From an uncultured Candidatus Rokubacteria bacterium (lineage in GTDB: Bacteria; Methylomirabilota; Methylomirabilia; Rokubacteriales; CSP1-6): DNA of 64,000 bases. The notes beneath the pieces are model-generated. The model saw only the letters and a program-made list of their open reading frames with translations, did not search any database and was not told where the DNA came from. Both the position numbers and the translations under genes were made by a program. The DNA is taken from the NCBI GenBank assembly GCA_963754315.1, contig CAVWFS010000010.1, positions 1 through 64,000 on the forward strand. The letters are read 5' to 3'. Shown here one piece after another: positions 10,450 to 21,538 of the stretch (the first letter of the stretch is position 1; every line of letters starts with the position of its first letter).

Positions 10450-12109
10450 ATGAGCACGACCCCCATCGATCACGATCTATCCCGTCGCCAGATCCTCAAG
10501 GCCGGTGCCGGCGCGCTCGCGCTGGCGGTGACGGGGCCGCAGCTGGCGGCGAGCCCGGCCGACGCGCAGACTCCCAAGCGGGGCGGCACCTTGCGGCTGA
10601 CCGTCATCACGGACCCGCTCCACTTCGATCCCCATCAGACGCTCTCGTTCGCGACGATGGTGCCGCTGTCGTTCGTCTACAGCCGCCTGGTCAAAGTGAA
10701 GGCCGGTCCTACCGTGAAGCCCATGACCTACCCGATCGAGGGCGACCTGGCCGAGTCGTGGACGCAGCCGACCGATACCACCTACATCTTCAAGCTCAAG
10801 AAGGGTGTCCGCTGGCACCCGAAACCGCCGGTCAACGGCCGCGAGCTGACCGCGGACGACGTCAAGTACACGTACGACCGGTTCCTCACCATCAAGGGCA
10901 ACCCCAACCGCTCGGTGCTCGAGACGGTCGAGAAGGTCGAGGTGCTCGACAAGCACACGGTGAAGTTCACGCTGTCGGAGCCCAACGCCTGGTTCCTGGA
11001 TCACCTCACCGCGACCTCGACCTGGATCGTCGCCAAGGAGTGTGTCGAGAAGTTCGGCGATCTCAAGAAGGTGGAGTCGGCGATCGGGACCGGGCCGTGG
11101 ATGCTGGAACGGTGGGAGCCCAACGTCCGGCTCACGTACGTGCGCAACCCCAATTACTTCGTCTCCGGGCTGCCGTACGCCGACAACGTCGAGGTGCTCA
11201 TCGACAAGGATCCTTCCTCGCGCCTGGCCAGCTGGCTGGGTGGGAAGACCGACTTCGCGCCAGAGTATCAGCAGTGCGTGCGCTGGCTCGAGCTGCCGCT
11301 GGCCAAGCAGCGTAAGCCCGGGCTGCAGACCGCCGAGTACGCCTGGTTCACCAGCGGCTCGACTAGGTATGAAGCTCGCCACACCGCCGTTCGGCGACAT
11401 CCGCGTGCGGCGCGCGCTCTCGCGGGCCATCAACCAGGCCGAGATCTTCGAGTCCCTGGCCTTTTCCCAGGGGCACTGGGTGCCGAACCCCGCGGTGCCA
11501 GCCGCGCAAGCCGAGTGGTCGATTCCCATCGACCAGCTCGGCCCCGAGGGGCGCAAGCTGTACGAGTTCAGCATCCCCGAGGCCAAGAAGCTCCTGGCCG
11601 AGGCCGGGCTCCCGAATGGCTTCAAGACGACAGTAGAAGCGCCCGGGACCGGGTACGGCCCTGACTTCAACGACTCGGTGGCGATCACCCTCAAGAACTG
11701 GAAGGAAGCCGGCATCGACGCCCAGCTGCAGCTCAAGGAGTACGGCGCCTTCATCTCCAGCACCATCTTCGGTAAGTTCGACCAGATGTTCCTCGGCCTG
11801 CGGGGCGCCTGGACCGATCCCGAGTCCTACTTCTACCGCATCTACATGCCCGGCCAGATCCTCAACGTCATGGGCGTGAACGATCCCAAGCTGACCGAGA
11901 TGATCAAGCTGCAGCGGCGCACGTTCGACGTCCCCAAGCGCAAGCAGATCGTCTTCGACATCCAGCGCTATCTCGCCGAGCAGGCCCTGTTCGGCTCCAA
12001 TGGCTCCATCCGGGTCGTCTCCGCCTGGGACGCCCACATCCGCAACTTCATGCCGAACAACGGCTTCGACTACGGTGGGCGGCTCATGGCCGTCTGGATC
12101 GACAAGTAG
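10450..12109 (+). CDS. Family-5 ABC substrate-binding protein with Tat signal, frameshift near 11365
   Basis: SRRQILK Tat motif, KRGGTL, VNGRELTADDVKY, IGTGPW; continues in ORF 11042..12109. Confidence 0.9.
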
Positions 12110-12129
12110 GCGACGCGCCCGGCCGGGTC

Positions 12130-12162
12130 CCGGGCGGCGCCCGCGCGAGCGGCGCCGCCCGG
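12130..12162. other. GC-rich stem-loop between SBP and permease genes
   Basis: CCGGGCGGCGCC-cgcgcgagc-GGCGCCGCCCGG perfect 12-bp inverted repeat. Confidence 0.6.
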
Positions 12163-12179
12163 CGACCTCCGGCGTACTC

Positions 12180-13118
12180 ATGCGCAACTACGTTCTCCGC
12201 CGCCTGCTGGTCGCGATCCCCTCGCTGCTCATCGCCTCGCTCATCGTCTTCACGCTGCCGCGCCTCATCCCCGGCGACGTGGTCCAGCTGATGCTCGAGG
12301 AGAAGGCGTACGGCAAGGACCTCGAGGATCTGCGGGCGAAGCTCGGGTTGAACCGTCCGATCCACGTGCAGTACTTCGACTGGCTGGCGACGGTGGGGCG
12401 CGGAAACTTCGGGGAGTCGCTGTGGACCCGCCAGTCCGTCCTCTCGGAGCTGGTGCGGCGGCTCCCGGTGACGGCCACGCTCGGTGTGATGGCGATCGCG
12501 GTGGCCATCGCGATCGGCATCCCCATCGGCGTCCTGGCCGCGACCCGCCAGGACGGCCTGCTGGACTTCTTCACCCGGAGCGCCGCCATCCTGGGCCTGT
12601 CCATCCCCAGCTTCGTCCTGGCCATTCTGGTGACGCTGCTCCCGGCCATCTGGTGGGGCTGGACCCCGCCCCGGTTCGTCGAGTTCTCGAAGGACCCCGC
12701 CGGCCACCTGGTGCAGTTCATCCTGCCCGCGATCATCCTGGGCATCGCCTCGGCCGCCGGCATCATGCGGCTGACGCGCGGCATGCTGCTGGAGGTGCTG
12801 CGCCAGGACTACGTGCGGACGGCCTGGGCCAAGGGCCTGCGCGAGCGCGTCGTGGTGCTCAAGCACGCGCTGAAGAACGCCGTGATCCCGGTGGTGACGG
12901 TGCTGGGGCTGCAGGTCGCGGCGATCGCCGGTGGTGCCGTCATCATTGAATGGATATTCGGGATTCCAGGAATGGGACAGTTTCTCGTGGACGCGATCAC
13001 CCAGCGCGACTATCCGGTGATCCAGGGCATCAACCTGATCATCGTCACGATCATCGTCGTGACGAACCTGACGGTCGACCTGGTCTACGCCGTGCTGGAC
13101 CCGAGGATCCGCTATTAA
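12180..13118 (+). CDS. DppB/OppB-type ABC permease
   Basis: MRNYVLRRLL, YVRTAWAKGL, RDYPVIQG, DPRIRY. Confidence 0.93.
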   Translation: MRNYVLRRLLVAIPSLLIASLIVFTLPRLIPGDVVQLMLEEKAYGKDLEDLRAKLGLNRPIHVQYFDWLATVGRGNFGESLWTRQSVLSELVRRLPVTATLGVMAIAVAIAIGIPIGVLAATRQDGLLDFFTRSAAILGLSIPSFVLAILVTLLPAIWWGWTPPRFVEFSKDPAGHLVQFILPAIILGIASAAGIMRLTRGMLLEVLRQDYVRTAWAKGLRERVVVLKHALKNAVIPVVTVLGLQVAAIAGGAVIIEWIFGIPGMGQFLVDAITQRDYPVIQGINLIIVTIIVVTNLTVDLVYAVLDPRIRY

Positions 13119-13122
13119 GGCG

Positions 13123-13971
13123 GTGCTGCGGTTCGCGCGTCGCAAGCCGCTGGGCGCCATCGGGGGCGTGATCGTCCTCGCGCTGCTGCTCATGGCAATC
13201 TTCGCCGACCGGATCGCGCCGTTCCAGTACGACCAGTCGATCCGGGGCGCCCGGAGCAACCCGCCGAGCGCCAAGTTCTGGATGGGCACCGACAACCTCT
13301 CGCGTGACGTGTGGAGCCGGGTCGTCTATGGCGCGCGGATCTCCGTCACCGTCGGCTTCGCGACCGTGGCCCTGGCCACCCTCATGGCCACCGCCGTCGG
13401 GGTCTCCAGCGCCTATCTCGGCGGCGCGTACGACATCCTGGTCCAGCGCGTGGTCGACGCCTGGATGTCCTTCCCCGCGCTCGTCGTGGTCCTCTCGCTG
13501 ATGGCGGCGCTCGGGCCCGGGCTGCCCAACCTGATTCTCGCGCTGTCCATTCTCGGGGCCGCGAGCGCGTCGCGCGTGATCCGTGGCGCGACCCTGTCCG
13601 TCATGGCGAACCCGTACGTGGAGGCCGCCCGCGCGCTCGGCGCCGGCCACCTGCGCATCGTGATCCTCTATGTGCTGCCCAACGTGATGGCGACGATCCT
13701 GATCCTCGCCACGATCGGGCTGGGGACCGTCATCCTGGCCGAGTCGGGACTGTCGTTTCTCGGGTTCGGCATTCCTCCGCCGTATCCGTCGTGGGGCGGG
13801 ATGCTGTCGGGGTCTGGGCGCTCGTTCATGTACCACGCGCCGTGGATGGCGCTGTTCCCGTGCGCCGCCATCTCGCTGGCCGTGTTCGGCTTCAACATGC
13901 TGGGCGACGCCCTCCGCGACGTGCTCGATCCCCGCCTGCGTAGCGTGGCCCGGTCGGCCTCCCCGAAATAG
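13123..13971 (+). CDS. DppC/OppC-type ABC permease
   Basis: MGTDNLSRDVWSRVVYGARIS, YVEAARALGA, FNMLGDALRDVLDPR. Confidence 0.93.
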   Translation: MLRFARRKPLGAIGGVIVLALLLMAIFADRIAPFQYDQSIRGARSNPPSAKFWMGTDNLSRDVWSRVVYGARISVTVGFATVALATLMATAVGVSSAYLGGAYDILVQRVVDAWMSFPALVVVLSLMAALGPGLPNLILALSILGAASASRVIRGATLSVMANPYVEAARALGAGHLRIVILYVLPNVMATILILATIGLGTVILAESGLSFLGFGIPPPYPSWGGMLSGSGRSFMYHAPWMALFPCAAISLAVFGFNMLGDALRDVLDPRLRSVARSASPK

Positions 13972-13992
13972 CCGACCCGTAGCGACGCGGCG

Positions 13993-15162
13993 TCACTCCA
14001 GCTCGCCGAGCGGCGCGACGGGAACCGACACCGCCTGACCGTCGCGCTCGGCCGACACGTAGCCCGCGTAGAGCGTGGCGACGGTGTCGTGGGCGACGAG
14101 CGCGCCGGACTGCGGCGGCCGTCCGCTGGCGCAGCAGTCCACGAAATCCTGCACCTCGGCGTAGAAGCCCTGCTGCCATTCCTCATCCGCGGCGGGGTGG
14201 CTCCAGCCTTCCTTGGTCCCGATCTTCTCGACGGTGTACACGTCGCGGAACTGGGCCGCCGCGGGGTTGTAGGTGTCGAGCATGTTGACCGGGTTGAGGC
14301 GGCACGTCGTGCGGTGGTTGTTGGCGTAGACCTCGAGCCAGTTGTGCACGCCGCCCAGCACCAACTCGGTTGCGTAGACGTCGGCCACCGTGCCGTCGTC
14401 GAACGTGAGGTGCAGCTGGCTGTAGTCCTCCACGTCCTCGTAGTCGATCCTCAGAAAGCCGCGGTCCTGGAAGCCGGGCAGGCGCGTGATCTCGTGGGTG
14501 CGGCACGACACCGTGGCCGGCCGGATCGGCCGCTGGCTGCGCGCGCGGCCTTCCACCTGCTTGAGGTAGAGACACGCGCTCAGCGGATGGCAGCCCTTGC
14601 CCACCAGCGAGCCGCCGCCCGCGTGGCGCCAGATGCCGTAGACCGGCGAGTGCGAGCCGCTGTGGGATTCGCCGCCCAGCATCCAGAGGATCTGCGCATC
14701 CGTCTTCTCGATGATCTCGCGCTCCTTCTGGACGGCGGGCGCGTAGATCCAGTTCTCGGCGTAGCCCAGCACGACGCCCCGGCGGCGCGCCGCCTGCACG
14801 ATGCGGCCGGCGCTCGCCAGCGCGGCCTCGAGCAGGGTGGATTTGCTGGCGGGTGAACCGAAAGCGCCGGTGAACGGCTTCTCGATGACGACGTGCTTGC
14901 CAGCCTCGATCGCCTCCAGCGCCACCGGCTCGTGGGTCGCCGGCGGCGAGCAGACGTCCACCACGTCCACGTGCGGCAGCATGGCGGCGAGGCTCGGATA
15001 CGGGGTGGCCCCGCTATCGCGGGCGAAGGCGTCGCGTCGCTCGGCGGTCGGCGAGGCGACACCGGCCAGGCGCGCCTGGACGCCGTAGACGCGTCGGTAC
15101 GCGAGCAGGTGCAGGCGCGCGGCGAAGCGCGAGCCGACGACGCCGATCCGGAGCGTCGCCAT
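13993..15162 (-). CDS. Gfo/Idh/MocA family oxidoreductase
   Basis: IGVVGSRFAA, AGKHVVIEKP, GGGSL..KGCHP. Confidence 0.9.
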   Translation of the reverse strand: MATLRIGVVGSRFAARLHLLAYRRVYGVQARLAGVASPTAERRDAFARDSGATPYPSLAAMLPHVDVVDVCSPPATHEPVALEAIEAGKHVVIEKPFTGAFGSPASKSTLLEAALASAGRIVQAARRRGVVLGYAENWIYAPAVQKEREIIEKTDAQILWMLGGESHSGSHSPVYGIWRHAGGGSLVGKGCHPLSACLYLKQVEGRARSQRPIRPATVSCRTHEITRLPGFQDRGFLRIDYEDVEDYSQLHLTFDDGTVADVYATELVLGGVHNWLEVYANNHRTTCRLNPVNMLDTYNPAAAQFRDVYTVEKIGTKEGWSHPAADEEWQQGFYAEVQDFVDCCASGRPPQSGALVAHDTVATLYAGYVSAERDGQAVSVPVAPLGELE

Positions 15163-15164
15163 CG

Positions 15165-16315
15165 TCAGCGCTCCAGCCGGCGAAACACCGCCAAGCCCAG
15201 CACCGTGGTCGCCATGACGGCAGCCGCGAAGACGATCGGCGCCGACGGATCGCCGGCGAGGTCGCGCACGAGCCCGGCCGCCGGCTGGGTGAGAGCCATC
15301 ATCACGTAGAAGACGGTGTAGAAGACGCCCAGCGCCGTTGTCAACCGCTCAGGCGGCACCGCACGGGGCAACAGCGCCATCAGCGGGCCGGCCGGGGGAC
15401 CGATGGCGAAGCCGACCAGGCAGGACGCGAGAATGGCGGGCGTAAGGACCGGGATGAGGAGCATGATCACCGCGGCGACGAGGCTGCCGGAAACGATCAT
15501 GAGGTTCGGCCGCCCGAGACGGTCGCCCAGCAGGCCGCCCAGCGGGATCGACACGATCGTCAGCCAGATGGCCAGGCTCACGACGAAGCCGGCGTCGCCG
15601 AGCGTCATCCCCTGCGTGAGCAGGAGCCCGGGCGCGAAGGCGACGATCGTCACCAGGCTCGCGTTGAAGCAGCCCCAGGCGAAGCCGGCGCTGAGGCTGA
15701 GCCGCAGGTCGCGCGGGCTCAGGGTCGCGCGAGCCGGACCCGGCGCTGCACCAGCGGGCCGCGGTGCCTGCCGATAGAGGAGCATCAGCAACAGCCCGAG
15801 CGCCGCCGCGAACGCCGTCGTCAGCACGGCCCACCGCCATCCGACGCTGCGCCGCCACACCCCCGAGCGTCGCCGCCGCCAGGCCGAGGCCCACGGGCCA
15901 CGAGGTCAGCATGACCCCCATCGCCGTCGAGAGCTCCTTGCCGGCGAACCAGTCGGAGATGAGCCGCGCGAGGAGGATGTTCATCAGGACGGCGCCGATG
16001 CCGCCGACGATGCGACCGGCCGCCGCCGGCGCGAAGCCGCCGGCCGCCCCGGTGAGGACGCCGCCCACCACCATCAGCGCGAGCCCCGCCACGACGATGC
16101 GGCGCTCCCCGAACCGCTGGCCGATCACGCCGCCGGGCAGCGCAAAGAAAGCGCCGGGCAGCATGTAGATCCCGATGAGCGTGCCGACCTGCGCATAGCT
16201 GAGGGCAAGCTCCTCGACGCATGAGCGGCGCCACCGCGGCGATCGACTGGAACTGGACGCCCATGGATGTGCGCGTGACGAATACGAGTGCCAACGCTGT
16301 CCAGCGATTGGACAT
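15165..16315 (-). CDS. MFS transporter (CynX/NimT-like), two frameshifts
   Basis: Hydrophobic segments split over ORFs 15821..16315, 15349..17079 and 15165..15860; motif-A-like GLLGDRLGR. Confidence 0.8.
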
Positions 16316-16413
16316 GTCCGGGCATCATAGCGGAGGGCGCACCCAACGCCAGCGTGGTATCCTCCCGCCCAACGAGGCGAATGAACCGTCATTCTGTTCA
16401 GGAGGCCGGAGTC

Positions 16414-17466
16414 ATGACCACCCAGCAGCGCTACGCGATGCCTGTCGATCTCAGTGAGTGGATCATTCCGAGTCGGTTCGACTCGCTCATGCGCTGGGAG
16501 TACGAGGACGGCCGCGCGTCGCTGCTGAATCTGTACGAGAAGGGCAAGGAGCGGCAGTGGAACGGCAACACGCGGATCGACTGGTCGCTCGATCTCGATC
16601 CGGAGAACCCGCAGGAGCTGCCCGACGAGCAGATCTCGATCTTCGGCTCCGACATCTGGAATCGGATGACGGCCAGGGAGCGCGCCGACCTGCGGCGCCA
16701 CCTGCAGGCCCAGCAGCTCTCGCAGTTCATGCACGGCGAGCAGGGCGCGCTGCTGTGCGCGTCCAAGATTGTCCAGCAGGTCCCGAACGTCGACGCCAAG
16801 TTCTACGCGGCCACGCAGGTGATGGACGAGGCGCGCCACGTCGAGGTCTACGCGCGGCTGCTCCACCAGAAGTTCGAGCTCGCCTACCCGATCACACCGA
16901 CGCTCAAGACGCTGCTCGACCAGGTGCTGTCCGACGCGCGCTGGGACATCACCTACCTCGGCATGCAGGTGCTGATCGAGGGCCTGGCGCTGGCGGCCTT
17001 CGCGTCGATCCGCGACCACGCCCGGAACCCCCTGGCGGCGGCGGTCAACGCCTACGTCATGGAGGACGAGGCGCGTCACGTTGCCTTCGGGCGCATCGCC
17101 CTGCGCGACTACTACCCCCAGCTCAGCGACACCGAGCGCGACGAGCGGGAGGAGTTCGCCGTCGAGGCCTGCTATCTGATGCGCGATCGCTTCCTGTCGG
17201 TCGAGGTGTGGGAGACGCTCGGGCTCCCCGTCGAGGAGTGCGTGAAGATGGTGCAGGCCTCCGAGCGGATGCGGCTGTTCCGTACGCGCCTGTTCACGCG
17301 CATCGTGCCGACCATCAAGGACATCGGCCTGTGGGGGCCGCGCATCCGCAAGGCCTACGCGGACATGGGCGTGATGTCCTACGCCGACGTCGACGCCGAG
17401 GGCCTCCTGGCCAAGGACGAACAGGTCGCCGCGGAGTTCGACGCGCGCCGCCGGCCGCCCGCATGA
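16414..17466 (+). CDS. Ferritin-like diiron oxygenase (AurF-like)
   Basis: GEQGA, two DEARH (ExxH) motifs, IEGLA; SD upstream of ATG 16414. Confidence 0.85.
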   Translation: MTTQQRYAMPVDLSEWIIPSRFDSLMRWEYEDGRASLLNLYEKGKERQWNGNTRIDWSLDLDPENPQELPDEQISIFGSDIWNRMTARERADLRRHLQAQQLSQFMHGEQGALLCASKIVQQVPNVDAKFYAATQVMDEARHVEVYARLLHQKFELAYPITPTLKTLLDQVLSDARWDITYLGMQVLIEGLALAAFASIRDHARNPLAAAVNAYVMEDEARHVAFGRIALRDYYPQLSDTERDEREEFAVEACYLMRDRFLSVEVWETLGLPVEECVKMVQASERMRLFRTRLFTRIVPTIKDIGLWGPRIRKAYADMGVMSYADVDAEGLLAKDEQVAAEFDARRRPPA

Positions 17467-18759
17467 AGTTCGGCATCTTCTACGAGCATCAGCTACCGCG
17501 GCCCTGGGGCGAGGGCGACGAGCTGAAGCTCTTCCAGGACGCGCTCGGCCAGGTCGAGCTGGCCGATCGTCTCGGCATCGACTACGCGTGGGAGGTCGAG
17601 CACCACTTCCTCGAGGAGTACTCGCACTCCTCCGCGCCCGAGGTGTTCCTGGCCGCCGCCTCGCAGCGCACGCAGCGCATCCGCCTCGGGCATGGGATCG
17701 TGCTCATGCCGCCGGGCTACAACCAGCCGGCGCGGGTCGCCGAGCGCATCGCGACCCTGGACCTCGTCTCCCGCGGGCGCGTCGACTGGGGCACGGGCGA
17801 ATCCGCGTCGCGGGCCGAGCTGGAAGGCTACGGCGTCAACCCGGCCGAGCGGCGCGCGATGTGGCGCGAGACCGTCGAGCAGGTGGCCAACATGATGGTC
17901 ATGGAGCCCTACCCTGGCTTCAAGGGCCAGTACTTCTCGATGCCGGCCCGCAACGTGGTGCCCAAGCCGGTGCAGAAGCCGCATCCGCCCATCTGGGTGG
18001 CGTGCTCGAACCGCGAGACGATCCACCTGGCCGCCCAGCTCGGCATCGGCGCCCTGACCTTCGCCTTCATCGATCCCGCCGAGGCCAAGCAGTGGGTGGA
18101 CGACTACTACGAGACCTTCAAGCGGGAGTGCGTGCCGATCGGCCATGCGGTGAACCCCAACATCGCCATGGTCACCGGCTTCTCGTGCCACCGCGACGCC
18201 GCCGAGGCGCACCAGCGCGGCGCCGATGGCTTCCGGTTCTTCCAGTTCGCGCTCGCCCACCACTACGTCTTCGGCAAGCACACGCCGGGCCGCACGAACA
18301 TCTGGAACGCCTTCCTGGCCGTGCGCGAGCAGCTCGGCACCGAGGTGCTGGGCGGCGGCGTCGGCTGCATCGGCACGCCCGACGACCTGCGTCGGACGCT
18401 CACGACGTTCCAGGATTCCGGCGTCGACCAGACCATCTTCATCCAGCAGGGCGGGAAGAACCGCCACGAGCACATCTGCGAGGCGCTCGAGCTGTTCGCG
18501 GCGGAGGTGATGCCGGAGTTCACCGAGCGCGAGGTCGAGCGCGAGAAGAGGAAGCACGAGGAGCTGGCGCCCTACGTCGAAGCGGCCATGGCGCGCAAGC
18601 AGACGCATGCGGCCACTGGCCGACGACGAGATCCCGGTGCACGAGGCCTACGGCAACACCGTGGCCCTGACCGATGAGGACATCAAGAAGATGCCGGAGG
18701 GCAACCGCCGCCGCGTGCTGACGTTCCGCAAGATCCGGGAGATCGCCGACCACTCCTGA
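17463..18759 (+). CDS. Luciferase-like (LLM) flavin-dependent oxidoreductase, frameshift near 18605
   Basis: MKFGIFYEHQ, EHHFLEEYSHSSAPE, PKPVQKPHPP; ATGA overlap with the diiron gene. Confidence 0.9.
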
Positions 18760-18764
18760 TTCAG

Positions 18765-18857
18765 CCGGGGCGCACGGCACTGGAGGCAGTTCAGGAGGTG
18801 CACCGGGCGCTGGGCGCCGGCCACACGGAGGTGACCGACGGCGACGTGTCGAGCTAC
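18765..18857 (+). pseudogene. Short fragment of a group II intron reverse transcriptase
   Basis: Translates PGRTALEAVQEVHRALGAGHTEVTDGDVSSY, resembling the LtrA-type RT 2a-3 region (RPGRSA..A...VVDADL..YFD). Confidence 0.65.
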
Positions 18858-18858
18858 C

Positions 18859-19481
18859 ATGGGGCATCGGCGTATCGTTGCACTCTCGGGGCTCGCGTTG
18901 GTCGTGCTGCTGTGTAGTGCTTTACCCGGCGTGGCGGCAGACGAGGGCGACATCAAGGTGCGGGGCTTCGCCGGGGTTCCAGGAACGAGCTTGACGCTTC
19001 CCCTTCCCGACGGCGCGGCCCCGGTGGTGATCGACGTGACGTTCGGAATTCCGGCCGTCACGATCCCGATCCAGGTCACGTCGGACACGGGGATCAAGAA
19101 GAAGGGGAAGTCCCCCACGATCCTCCTGGCCAACGGTGACGCGGTCAAGATCAGGGCGTCCGTGGTGGGCAGCGTGCTCCGCGCCTCGCGTCTCGAGCTG
19201 CTGGACTTCCCCGAGCTGGAGCTGATCGGGGTCGTCGAGGACCTGCCCGCCGCCGGCGTCGCGTTGCCGCTCGCGGCCGGGACGACACAGGACATGGACG
19301 TGCAGCTCGGGGCCTCGGCGTCGACGTGCCGGTGAGGCTGACCTCCAAGACCAAGCTCGACGCGTCGTCGATCACGCTTCACAACGGAGACGTCATCCGC
19401 GTCGAGGCGGTGGTGCGGGGCGGGGTCATCGTCGTCACCAAGCTGAAGACCGGTCCCGACGAAGATGATGATGACGATTAA
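18859..19481 (+). CDS. Secreted two-repeat protein (DUF5666-like), frameshift near 19318
   Basis: Signal peptide; repeat units IPIQVTSDT..LANGDAVKI and VPVRLTSKT..LHNGDVIRVE; ends GPDEDDDDD. Confidence 0.65.
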
Positions 19482-19516
19482 CTATTGCGCCGCCTTGACG
19501 GGCGCCGCGAAAGGGT

Positions 19517-19536
19517 GAGCACCGATCCCGGTGCTC
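19517..19536. terminator. Hairpin between convergent genes
   Basis: GAGCACCG-atcc-CGGTGCTC; no clear U tract. Confidence 0.4.
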
Positions 19537-19624
19537 GGGTCGGACGCTCGGTATCACATCCATCGGCCAACCCCACGGCCATCTTCACCCCCTCGCGCAG
19601 CACGGCCTATTCGTCATCACATGC

Positions 19625-21538
19625 CTACCGCAGGAGCTGCTCGAGTTCCTTCGCGGAGATTCGCCGGAGCGTCCGACTGCCCGAGGCGGGGTTGCCCGGC
19701 TCGGCATGGCCCGGGGCGCTGAAGTAGACGTCGTCCGTATCTGGATCGACCGTGATACCCGGGACGAGCGAGTTGGCGACGGCAGGATTCGCCGGCTGTA
19801 GCACCGGAAGCGTCCCGATCACGGTCTTGCTCCCATCGGAGATCTTGACCCCTGTCAAGCGCGTGGCCGGTGCTCCCTCGATCACGAGGAGATACCCGCC
19901 CCAGACGGCCAGCCCGCGCGGATTGACCAGCCCCGTCGCGACCTCGGCACCGATTCCACTATCGTCGAACTTGAAAATCTTGCCGGCCATCGCGTCAGCG
20001 ATCCAGTACTTCGAGCCCCTGCTCGCCATGCCCGTGAACCGACGATTGGGGTAGGAGGCCAGGACCTCGACGGTGGCGAGGTTGGGTCCGGAATACCTCA
20101 CGAGCCTGGACGTCACGCTCGCGCCCACGAAATGTGCGGCCACGATCGTGCGCCGACCTGAGAGCTTCTTGTACTCGATCGCGTTGAGTGGCGACCCCAG
20201 CGGCTCGGCGGGATTTCCGGTCGTCAGGATGCGGGTGGAGATGTTCACGACAGCCCGGCGGGCGTCCGGGTCATAGATTTGGATGAGCTGGTCGAGCCAG
20301 TCGGTCAGCAGGAGATCCTTGCCGAACGGCGCGACCGTAAACGGCGCGGCCACGCCCGTGCCGTCCAGGAAGCCCTGGATCGTTTGGCTCACCGACTCAA
20401 CCACAACATCGTCCTGGACGTCGACGGTTCGCAGCGTGATGTAGTCGCCGACATACACACGGTGGCCGCCCACCGCGGCCACCCCCAGCGGCAAGACCAG
20501 CCCCGATGCCTTCACGTACGCGTTATCCGAGACGCTGAGGATGTAGCCCTCGGTGGCGCTGCTCACGTAGACACGATCGCCATGGTTGGTATTGATGGCG
20601 ACGCTGGCGACGCCGCCCGGCCCTGGCAGCCTGGCCACCAGGGTGGACTTCTGGCAGCCGGCGTTTGGATTCGCGACGCGCCTCAACTCGCTCGTGTAGG
20701 CGTCGGTGATGTAGAGTCTCCCGGCGGCGTCGAACGCTACCGCGCTCGGATTGACGAATTGCCGAGGAATACCTGGGCAGACGGACTGGCCCAGCGCACC
20801 CGCCACGATGGGAAGGACCACGGCTTGCGATGGCACGTTCACCGGGCCGATGCGCAAGATATCGCCGGTGACCGTCTGCGCACCGTAGAGAAAGCCATTC
20901 CGGAACTTCATTCCGTTCAGTGAGCAGTCCGGAAGGCTCACCGGAGTGCCGTCAGGCCCACTCACCCGCGATATCTGGCCGGTGGTGAGGTCAATGTCGT
21001 AGATGGAATTGGGAAATGGTGGCGGGGCGAAGCAACTCCCCACGTAGAGATGCGTCTCATCGTCGGAGAGCGTGATCGAGTTCGGGAGGGGAATAAAGTT
21101 GGTAAAGGGGTTATTGACCCGCACCATGACAGTGCTCGCCGGTGGGTTCGCACCCAGCACGATCCGACCGGCAAACCCTGACAAGGTATCGGTGTAATAG
21201 ATGTCTCCGTTGGAAGCGACCACGACATCATCTGGTGTGAGGATCCCCTTTTCGGCCCCGAATGAGTACACTCCTTGGTTCGTTACGGTATCCATCACGA
21301 AGACCTTACCGTCTGTGGTGGACGCTCCGTAAATCCAGGTCGACGACGGGGCAGCCCGGTTGAAGGCGATCCCTCCCATGCTTCCGGCCGGCCCGTTTGT
21401 CCCCGCCACCACGACCTCACCGGGGAGCGTCGCCGCTGCAGTTGAGACGTCGATGGCCGCGGCAGCGGCGAGCGTGATCAGCACGACGGACGTGATGTGC
21501 GATGCGACAAACGTGATATGCGGTCTGCCCCAGTCCAT
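19625..21538 (-). CDS. Secreted beta-propeller protein (NHL/SMP-30-like)
   Basis: Signal peptide; blades PDDVVVASNGDIYYTD, PSAVAFDAAGRLYITD, PRGLAV; SD AGGAGG before ATG 21538. Confidence 0.8.
   Translation of the reverse strand: MDWGRPHITFVASHITSVVLITLAAAAAIDVSTAAATLPGEVVVAGTNGPAGSMGGIAFNRAAPSSTWIYGASTTDGKVFVMDTVTNQGVYSFGAEKGILTPDDVVVASNGDIYYTDTLSGFAGRIVLGANPPASTVMVRVNNPFTNFIPLPNSITLSDDETHLYVGSCFAPPPFPNSIYDIDLTTGQISRVSGPDGTPVSLPDCSLNGMKFRNGFLYGAQTVTGDILRIGPVNVPSQAVVLPIVAGALGQSVCPGIPRQFVNPSAVAFDAAGRLYITDAYTSELRRVANPNAGCQKSTLVARLPGPGGVASVAINTNHGDRVYVSSATEGYILSVSDNAYVKASGLVLPLGVAAVGGHRVYVGDYITLRTVDVQDDVVVESVSQTIQGFLDGTGVAAPFTVAPFGKDLLLTDWLDQLIQIYDPDARRAVVNISTRILTTGNPAEPLGSPLNAIEYKKLSGRRTIVAAHFVGASVTSRLVRYSGPNLATVEVLASYPNRRFTGMASRGSKYWIADAMAGKIFKFDDSGIGAEVATGLVNPRGLAVWGGYLLVIEGAPATRLTGVKISDGSKTVIGTLPVLQPANPAVANSLVPGITVDPDTDDVYFSAPGHAEPGNPASGSRTLRRISAKELEQLLR

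Noticed and set aside
16458..18677. 739-aa ORF suggesting a diiron-LLM fusion
   Set aside because: The N-terminal part is an off-frame shadow of the diiron gene; the LLM starts at ATG 17463.
18765..18857. Functional retron, DGR or group II intron
   Set aside because: Only 31 codons; no YADD region, template/variable repeats or intron domain V.
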